Shown here: one piece after another, positions 1 through 5,428 of the stretch
How positions within the stretch are numbered: position 1 is the stretch's first letter
Layout: the number at the start of each line of letters is the position of its first letter
Origin: Octopus sinensis
Lineage: Eukaryota
Assembly: GCF_006345805.1 (NCBI RefSeq)
Contig: NW_021830057.1
Location: 1 to 5,428, forward strand
Direction: 5' to 3'
DNA length: 5,428 nt
Notes under the pieces: model-generated
What the model was told of the DNA's origin: nothing
Database searches by the model: none
The model's input: the letters and a program-made list of their open reading frames with translations, nothing else
Translations under genes and position numbers: made by a program

Positions 1-552
1 TAAAAATGTCAAGTGCCGAAGACAGTAAGTAGCAAAAGGAGAAACACCGGCACCCCAGGTAAAAGAAGGATTTCACCCACGTAAGGTGTTGTTATCTGTT
101 TTGTGGGATATGAAAGGTTTAGTCCATTTTGAACTTTTAAACCCAAACCAAACGATAACAAAGGAGATCAACTGCGAACTGGCAGAAACGTTAGCATTCC
201 ATACGAAATGCTTAGTTGTATTTCCTTTGTCTTTATGTTCTGAGTTCAAATTTTTCCGAGGTCGACTTTGCTTTTCATCATTTCGGGGTCGATAAATTAA
301 GTACCAGTTGCGTACTGAGATCGATCTAATTGACTGGCTCCCTCCTCAAAAATTTCGAGCCCTGTGTCTAGAGTAGAAAGGTCTTCAAAATCATTTAGAG
401 GGAAAAATATGAATTCTGTAGACAAGGTCTGAACAGTATTGGAGGAGTATTTTTCATCACGGACAAATGAATTTTGGAAGAGGAACCTTGCAAGTCTACC
501 AGATAGATGGAAGAGCATTGTAGAAAATGAAGGAGTGTATATTTTAGATTAA
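1..552 (+). pseudogene. Mariner-family (Tc1/mariner) transposase, C-terminal half, inactivated and interrupted by a SINE
   Basis: Frame +2, 2-178, reads KNVKCRRQ*VAKGETPAPQVKEGFHPRKVLLSVLWDMKGLVHFELLNPNQTITKEINCE, matching the mariner LHPKK...WWD..G....ELL....TI....YC block. Sequence 380-552 reads GLQNHLEG(frameshift ~403-407)MNSVDKV*TVLEEYFSSRTNEFWKRNLASLPDRWKSIVENEGVYILD*, the typical mariner C-terminus (L..RW..V....G.Y). Stops at 26-28 and 430-432. The HDNA and YSPDLAPSD motifs are absent. Confidence 0.95.
174..379 (+). mobile_element. tRNA-derived SINE, family A, copy 1 (short-tail variant), inside the mariner
   Basis: A-box-like TGGCAGAAACG (180-190) and B-box-like GAGTTCAAATT (242-252), then the body GGTCGACTTTGCTTTTCATCATTTCGGGGTCGATAAATTAAGTACCAG. 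Positions 174-335 align ungapped to the reverse complement of 2220-2381 at 131/162 (81%). Confidence 0.92.
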
Positions 553-594
553 AGAAGAACTTTGTTTATCTTAATTTTGAAAAATAAAAGAATT

Positions 595-627
595 AAAAAA
601 CCGCTTTATTTATGGGGTGACCCCTTA
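595..627 (+). mobile_element. Right terminal inverted repeat of the mariner element plus TA target dinucleotide
   Basis: AAAAAACCGCTTTATTTATGGGGTGACCCCT+TA lies about 45 bp after the transposase stop, with AATAAA at 583-588. It resembles mariner right ends (AAAACCGCA.TTA.TT.TG..C.AC..AATA) and ends in TA. The left TIR is outside the window, so pairing cannot be checked. Confidence 0.75.
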
Positions 628-680
628 CATAGATACATAGATACATATATACATACATACATACGTACATACATACATAT
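626..680. repeat. (TACA/TAGA)n microsatellite
   Basis: Direct reading; starts at the mariner TA target site. Confidence 0.95.
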
Positions 681-687
681 AAAATAT

Positions 688-850
688 ACAGGCATGGCTG
701 TTTGGTAAGAAGTTTGCTTCTCAGCTACATGGTCCTGGGTTCAGTCCCACTGCATGGCACCTTGGGCTGGTGTCTTCTACTATCGCCCCAGACCGACCAA
801 AGTCTTGTGCGTGGTTTTCAGAGATGGAGGCTAGGAGAATCTCGTCTATA
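688..850 (+). mobile_element. tRNA-derived SINE, family B, copy 1
   Basis: A-box-like TGGCTGTTTGG and B-box-like GGGTTCAGTCC, followed by GGCACCTTGGGCTGGTGTCTT, which resembles the start of the CORE-SINE domain. Positions 691-818 align ungapped to the reverse complement of the 4561-4712 copy at 99/128 (77%). Confidence 0.9.
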
Positions 851-853
851 TGT

Positions 854-857
854 ACAC

Positions 858-899
<42 letters not shown>

Positions 900-915
900 C
901 ACACACACACACACA
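854..915. repeat. (CA)n microsatellite
   Basis: Direct reading. Confidence 0.98.
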
Positions 916-920
916 TGTAG

Positions 921-1020
921 CAACAACGACAACAACAGCAACAACAACAGCAATAACAACATTTACAATAACAATACTGGCATGAACAATACGAACATCA
1001 ACACCAAGAAGAACAAGAAA
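921..1020. repeat. Degenerate (AAC/AAT/AAG)n trinucleotide tract
   Basis: CAACAACGACAACAACAGCAACAACAACAGCAATAACAAC... Confidence 0.9.
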
Positions 1021-1437
1021 AACGACAGCAGAGCTATTCTTGAACTATCGAACACAAAATCAATCAATATCGTATTTTCGTTATTTGATTGAAAGTTTTC
1101 CTTTTCTCGACTTCTGTTTTTTCTTTATATTTTTGTTTTGTTTTGTTCTCACCCCCCACCTCTCATCATTTTAATAAAGAAATGTTTGCCGGGAATGCAG
1201 TCAAAAATAATCACCATTGTTTGTTTGGATGTTTCCAATCCATGTTAGATCAATAGCATGTGTGTCACGTGTAAGAGAAGGGAATCGATACGAAACAAAT
1301 TCTGAAGAATTCAAAGAAATTCTTTAAAAACATCAACAACAACAAAAAAGAAAACAAAAATCGAAACAAAAACTAAAAGCTCAATATTTTTGATAACAGC
1401 AAATAATTGTGGCAGATTGGAACACATGGCAAGCACA

Positions 1438-1612
1438 TTTGGAAGAGGTGCTAATGCGATAACATCAACCCCAGTATTCAACTGGTATCTATTTTATCGA
1501 AAGGGGAAGTCGACATCCATTGAACTCGGTGCTTGATAGGTGGTTTATTTTTATCGATCCAGGAAGAATGATAAGCAAGTTGACCATGGCAGGATTTGAA
1601 CCCAGATCCCAG
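1438..1612 (-). mobile_element. Two tandem degenerate fragments of SINE family A (about 1438-1500 and 1503-1612)
   Basis: 1438-1500 matches the reverse complement of about 287-352 (...CCCCAGTATTCAACTGGTATCTATTTTATCGA). 1503-1612 restarts the same segment and runs on to a perfect B box, GGTTCAAATCC, on the minus strand at 1592-1602. Confidence 0.8.
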
Positions 1613-1734
1613 ACGATGTCAATTTGCCGTTGTACTTACCGAAGAATACAATGCACTGTGCTGTTTACAGAGTGAGATTTGGGGCATAAAAAATCGTAAT
1701 CTATGTTATACTTTTTCACACGTGTGAAAAGTTT

Positions 1735-1782
1735 ATATATATATGTATGTATGTATGTGCGTGTGTGTGGGTGTGTGTGTAT
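1735..1782. repeat. Compound (TA)n/(TATG)n/(TG)n microsatellite
   Basis: Direct reading. Confidence 0.95.
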
Positions 1783-1833
1783 ACCACTGAACCCAACATG
1801 TTTTTTTTCATTCTGTCTCTATTTCTTCTTATT

Positions 1834-1871
1834 TCTTTCTATCGAAGAGCGTAGGTCCGAAAGGTAAAAGA
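1834..1871 (+). ncRNA. Decayed minimal type I hammerhead-ribozyme-like motif within a dispersed repeat (about 1810-1951)
   Basis: The order of elements fits: stem I TCTTT (1834-1838) pairs with AAAGA (1867-1871); core-like CTATCGAA (1839-1846) versus CTGANGA(A); stem II GAGC-GTAG-GTCC (1847-1858, one mismatch and one wobble); GAAA (1859-1862); then G-GTA with putative cleavage after A1866. Several core positions are non-canonical, so this copy is probably inactive. Confidence 0.5.
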
Positions 1872-1948
1872 CTTCCATTTTTGTCGAGTGTCAAACACTT
1901 GCTCGTTGTTCCTATACATGCCTTCGTACTTGTTTTTTCTATAATTTG

Positions 1949-1951
<3 letters not shown>

Positions 1952-1986
<35 letters not shown>

Positions 1987-2108
1987 TTATATATATATAC
2001 ATACATATATATACATATACATACATATATATATATGTGTATAATATATATATATATATATACGCACACACTCACACACTCACACACATATATAACCCTG
2101 TATATATA
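1952..2108. repeat. (TA)n with interspersed TACA/CA microsatellite
   Basis: Direct reading. Confidence 0.97.
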
Positions 2109-2152
2109 CCCTGGAAACTTGCATCATATGTGCGTATGTTTGTGTGTGTCTG

Positions 2153-2386
2153 AATATTTTTTTATTCCCTACAAGTGGATAAACATAGAGGGGACAAACA
2201 AGGACAGACAAAGGGATTAAGTCGATTACATCGACCCCAGTGTGTAACTGGTTCTTATTTAATCGACCCCGAAAGGATGAAAGGCAAAGTCGACCTCGGC
2301 GGAATTTGAACTCAGAACGTAGCGGCAGACGAAATACCGCTAAGCATTTCGCCCGGCGTGCTAACGATTCTGCCAGCTCACTGCCC
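2153..2386 (-). mobile_element. tRNA-derived SINE, family A, copy 2 (long-tail variant), apparently full length and younger
   Basis: The minus strand starts GGCAGTGAGCTGGCAGAATCGTTAGC, has a B-box-like GAGTTCAAATT and CpG-rich body, and ends ...GGGAATAAAAAAAT. It is 81% identical to copy 1 over 162 nt. Confidence 0.93.
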
Positions 2387-2387
2387 T

Positions 2388-2547
2388 CTGGGACACTTGT
2401 ATTGGTTCTGGACTCAATCAGATCTTGCGCTATGCGATACAGTATCATAACTGCTTTCTGCATCCGCAGCTTCACTGATTTTTTCAACTAAATATGTCCT
2501 CTTGCCTCTCCTACAGCTTTTTCTTCACATGTCTCTCAGCAACTTAT
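2388..2547 (-). pseudogene. Fragment of an RTE-like LINE ORF (linker between endonuclease and RT)
   Basis: With two frameshifts, the minus strand reads VAERHVKK/SCRRGKRTYLVEKISEAADA/..ILYRIAQDLIESRTNTSVP. This resembles the VKKS.R.DKR......A..AE.AA......LY...K.L.......PVKD block recalled from RTE-clade LINEs. Not confirmed by search. Confidence 0.6.
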
Positions 2548-2717
2548 CAGAATGTGACAAGGCTGGCCCTTTTAATTACTGGAACTCATTTTTGCCAGCT
2601 GAGCGGACTGGAGCAATGTGAAATAAAGTTTGTTGCTTAAGAACACAATGCGTTGCTGGATATCGAACTCATGACCTAGCGATCATTAGCCAAATATCCT
2701 GAACACTAATTGAAGCG
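2548..2717 (-). mobile_element. tRNA-derived SINE, family C, degenerate
   Basis: The minus strand has a B-box-like GAGTTCGATAT (2660-2670), then TGTGTTCTTAAGCAACAAACTTTATTTCACATTGCTCCAGTCCGCTCAGCTGGCAAAAATGAGT, resembling the GTGTCCTTGAGCAAGACACTT...CAGTCCAC.CAGCTG conserved SINE body. The A box is poorly preserved near 2703-2717. Confidence 0.75.
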
Positions 2718-2872
2718 TCGTCGCGGAAACTTTGTAATAGAATTTTACATTCAGCGTTAATCGAGTCTAAACTGGATCTCCGTTTATACCCTATCTTTCC
2801 AAAACATTTCACACAGGCCATTATAGGTTCCACGATGAGAACAGAGAGAGCCTTCCCACAAATAATAGTAGC

Positions 2873-2890
2873 GGTGGTGGTGGTGGTGGT
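2873..2890. repeat. (GGT)6 trinucleotide repeat
   Basis: Direct reading. Confidence 0.9.
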
Positions 2891-3340
2891 AGATTTTGAC
2901 ACGGAAGTGAGGTTTGCGCATGTAATTTAGTATGTTTATGTGTGTGTGTATGTAGTTGACATTATGCGTGTCTTACATTAATAGACATATCGTACACCGA
3001 GATATCTATGTGAATGACTTAATATATTCTAACAGGGAATAAGAAAATGGTAAAAAGAACCTTAGATCTGTTGTTAACTGTTGAATAGTGATAAACATAA
3101 TGGCGTCAAAGATCCATCCAGGAACTGTCGTTTTTGTAGAGCTTCGGTAATGACTAGTTTTATCTAAATATCTTGGATAGGATTTAAACTGAAGAACTAG
3201 AGAAATATTCAATTCGAGCGTCTTTTAGATAAAATAGTGAATGCTCTACCGTTGGTGGTAGGCTTCGGTTGCAGTAATTTCACATTTTCCCGCTTATTTT
3301 TATCGATAAAATATAACTGCAGCTACTTGCATTCGTCTAG

Positions 3341-3494
3341 ATGATGTATCTACATGGGTAGACATAAATATATAGATATATCAAATAGAAAGATAGAGAA
3401 CGAAATAGATATATCACTTTGATACATAATATGGATAGATCAGACACACACAAACACACGCACACATGATGGATGTATCTCATAGATAGATATA

Positions 3495-3547
<53 letters not shown>

Positions 3548-3600
3548 ATATAGATATATAGATAGATATAGAGATAGATGGGCAAGATAGATAAATTGAT
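3341..3600. repeat. Compound (GATA)n/(TA)n/(CA)n low-complexity tract
   Basis: Direct reading. Confidence 0.93.
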
Positions 3601-3627
3601 GAATATGTGCGGTAATGTATAAAGGCG

Positions 3628-3944
3628 AATAAATTCGCTTTTATTCTCTTGGTGTAATTACATTTATGACCTGAACTGCACAAATAGATTGCAAGTTCAT
3701 GGACAGAAGAAGGATTACTGTTCGTTTCAAATAAAGGTAAAACAACAACCACAACAAATAACTTGGAAATTCTGGTAGCCATGACAGTTGTTTTGATTGC
3801 TGGGACCTGCCATGAAGTCTAACGCTTCGTCCGGTCTTGTCACCTGGATTTGAAGCTAAAAGTAATCACTTTCCCGTCCTGTAATGAATTTAAGCAGTTC
3901 GGGCTATAAATGTATTACATTGGGAGAATAATGACGAATTTATT
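3628..3944. repeat. Long imperfect inverted repeat (arms 3628-3740 and 3840-3944, 99-nt spacer)
   Basis: Hand alignment of the reverse complement of 3628-3740 to 3840-3944 gives 79/105 identities with one 7-nt and one 1-nt gap, e.g. GCAGTTCAGGTCATAAATGTAATTACA versus GCAGTTCGGGCTATAAATGTA-TTACA. Confidence 0.9.
3654..3718 (+). other. SECIS-shaped hairpin (candidate only)
   Basis: ATGA (3666-3669), 12 nt, AAA (3682-3684), then GA (3702-3703) 18 nt after the AA. The upper helix has 9 Watson-Crick pairs, one C-U mismatch and one bulge. The lower helix is GTAATT/GATTAC. No selenoprotein ORF is seen upstream. Confidence 0.2.
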
Positions 3945-3983
3945 ATGTTATCTTTGAAGCGGTTGTTATTGTAAAGGGCTGCC

Positions 3984-4076
3984 TTATGAAAGAATGACCA
4001 TCACGGTCATAAATTATTCGTCCTGCGACGATGGGTTGGGAATAACTCATGGCTGGGATGGTCATACTCTTGATAA
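3984..4076. repeat. Fold-back inverted duplication at the 5' end of the PLE fragment
   Basis: The reverse complement of 3984-4019 matches 4040-4076 at 29/36 with one gap. The 20-nt loop (4020-4039) contains the decayed YRDD codons. Confidence 0.8.
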
Positions 4077-4503
4077 ATTTCGACAAAAAACTCATTAATA
4101 CCTTCAGTCAATTAGGCTTCAAAATCACTGTTACTACTAATCTGTCCAAACTCAATTTTTAAAGATATTGCCCTAGATTTAAACTCCCGCTCTTAAATAC
4201 CGTATCATAAGCCAAACAAGATATCCTCACACATACTTAAACAATCCTGTTACCCCTGTGTTTAAAAATCTGATAGCTAATATTACTAATAGGATATCAA
4301 ATCTCATTTCTAAAGAAATACTTGATAAAACATCTCTCTTCTAGCGGCAACCATTCAAGTAAAAATATAAAACCTAAAAATAGACTAAAAATAGACTTAA
4401 AAATCGACCCAGGAAAATAATGTGGTATGTTCCACCTTATCACTAAACTAAGGTAGGTAAGAAATTCCTGGCTCATTTAGATAAGCATTTCTCAAACCAT
4501 AAG
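4021..4503 (+). pseudogene. Penelope-like retroelement reverse transcriptase fragment (catalytic motif to thumb/linker), heavily decayed
   Basis: With frameshifts: SCDDGLGI (tcc tgc gac gat, two substitutions from YRDD)...F R/KKLINTFSQLGFKITVTTNLSKLNF/DIALDLNSRS*IPYHKPNK...FKNLIANITNRISNL...[34 protein letters not shown]. This matches the recalled PLE pattern YRDDGL...GLKIT..TN...VNFLDVTLDL....YKPY.KPN...RKIIWFNPPY...GKKFL.L.DKHF. Confidence 0.88.
4374..4407. repeat. Short tandem duplication CTAAAAATAGA x2 plus a variant third unit
   Basis: Units at 4374-4384, 4385-4395 and CTTAAAAATCGA at 4396-4407, inside the PLE linker. Confidence 0.8.
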
Positions 4504-4504
4504 T

Positions 4505-4547
<43 letters not shown>

Positions 4548-4560
4548 ACACACACCACAC
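4505..4560. repeat. (CA)n microsatellite, reading as the (TG)n tail of the adjacent minus-strand SINE
   Basis: Direct reading; separates the PLE fragment from SINE B copy 2. Confidence 0.95.
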
Positions 4561-4712
4561 AACCGAGTTTCTGTCTGTTAAATTCACTCACAAGACTTTG
4601 GTCGGCCTGGGGCTACAGCAGAAGATACTTGACTAAGGTGCCACACAGTGGGAAAGAACCTGGAATCATGTGGTTGGTAAGCAAGCTGCTTACCACACAG
4701 CCACTCCTGCGC
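4561..4712 (-). mobile_element. tRNA-derived SINE, family B, copy 2
   Basis: The minus strand reads GCGCAGGAGTGGCTGTGTGGTAAGCAGCTTGCTTACC...CCAGGTTCTTTCCC...GGCACCTTAGTCAAGTATCTT...; 77% identical to 691-818. Confidence 0.9.
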
Positions 4713-5287
4713 ATATACATATACATACAGACACACATACACATACATAATACATACATACACACATACATATATACGTACACACATACGTACATACAAA
4801 CATACATATGTACGTACATACCCACATACATTCATACAGACGCACATACACGCATACATACACACATACATACATGCGTACATATATGCATACTTACACA
4901 CATACATATGTACGTACATACACACACATACATATGTACATACACACGCACATACAGACACACATACATACATACTTATATACATACATATGTACGCACA
5001 TACACACATACTTACATACGCACATACACACACACATACATACATACAAACATACATACATACATACATATATACGTACATACATACACACGCATACACA
5101 TATATATACGCATATATATATGCACACACATAAATACATACACACATGCACGCACATACATTCCTACATGCATACATACATACATACACACATACATACA
5201 CACATACATACATACATACATACATACATACATACATACATACATACATACATACACACATACATACATGCATGCATACATGCATAC
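4713..5287. repeat. Long degenerate (TACA)n/(CA)n microsatellite
   Basis: Direct reading; source of the HTYI/MYVC pseudo-ORFs. Confidence 0.97.
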
Positions 5288-5428
5288 AGTGAAAGAGAGT
5301 GACAGACAGAAAGAGAGGATATATTACGAGAAATAGGAGGAGCAGTGTATGCAAGCATGTTTGAATACTCCGCACTAAATGCACATTTCTATATTTTTAC
5401 ACCTTACATTTATATTTATATTATACGT

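Noticed and set aside
174-260. SINE heads as genuine tRNA genes (also 688-750, 2300-2386, 4650-4712)
   Set aside because: They have A/B boxes but no complete cloverleaf and continue into SINE bodies present in multiple diverged copies.
86-295. 69-aa ORF as a functional mariner-SINE fusion peptide
   Set aside because: It starts at a non-ATG codon inside a pseudogene with an upstream stop and reads into SINE sequence; there is no sign of function.
1059-1091. Hairpin TCAATCAA...TTGATTGA
   Set aside because: A short AT-rich stem compatible with chance; bacterial-type terminators are not relevant in this eukaryotic context.
702-1092. ORFs with poly-HT, poly-T or poly-N tracts
   Set aside because: They are made of SINE B plus (CA)n and (AAC)n microsatellites.
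1290-1322. CTGAAGA and GAAA motifs suggesting a hammerhead
   Set aside because: No stem II closing pair and no stem I.
2080-2491. 135-aa and 83-aa ORFs
   Set aside because: Mostly SINE A translation; only 2388-2487 relates to the LINE relic.
3189-3210. CTGAAGA...GAAA suggesting a hammerhead
   Set aside because: Stem II cannot close (A opposite A) and there is no flanking stem I.
3006-3212. 68-aa minus-strand ORF
   Set aside because: Non-ATG start, no recognisable motif and no convincing splice signals.
3315-3342. CTAG followed by AT as a Helitron 3' end
   Set aside because: There is no GC-rich subterminal hairpin and no matching 5' TC end could be identified.
3480-3782. Minus-strand ORF MATRISKLFVVVVVLPLF as a secreted peptide
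   Set aside because: The hydrophobic run comes from a short (AAC)n tract, the C-terminus is (TA)n microsatellite, and the ORF overlaps the inverted repeat.
4801-4921. Identical 21-mer CATACATATGTACGTACATAC repeated 100 bp apart
   Set aside because: Expected within a long low-complexity TACA array; no consistent higher-order period is visible, and it is not a CRISPR-like repeat-spacer structure.
4503-5384. Long ORFs of 277, 266 and 164 aa and overlapping shorter ones
   Set aside because: They are translations of TACA/CA microsatellite (HTYI/MYVC repeats) and a SINE; these repeats simply lack stop codons.

Overview
A gene-poor, repeat-dominated eukaryotic window with no intact protein-coding gene. 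The tRNA-derived SINE families and dense TACA/CA/TA microsatellites look like a cephalopod (Octopus-like) genome; this is inferred from recalled repeat sequences, not from a search. From left to right: (1) the 3' half of a dead mariner (Tc1/mariner) transposon whose catalytic core is replaced by a SINE; (2) six SINE copies or fragments from three families; (3) a repeat that folds as a decayed minimal hammerhead ribozyme; (4) a short RTE-like LINE fragment; (5) a decayed Penelope-like (PLE) reverse transcriptase fragment preceded by two successive fold-back inverted repeats, one arm of which contains a SECIS-shaped hairpin. Nearly all ORFs in the supplied track are microsatellite or SINE artefacts. 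All alignments, counts and folds below were done by hand and need computational confirmation.
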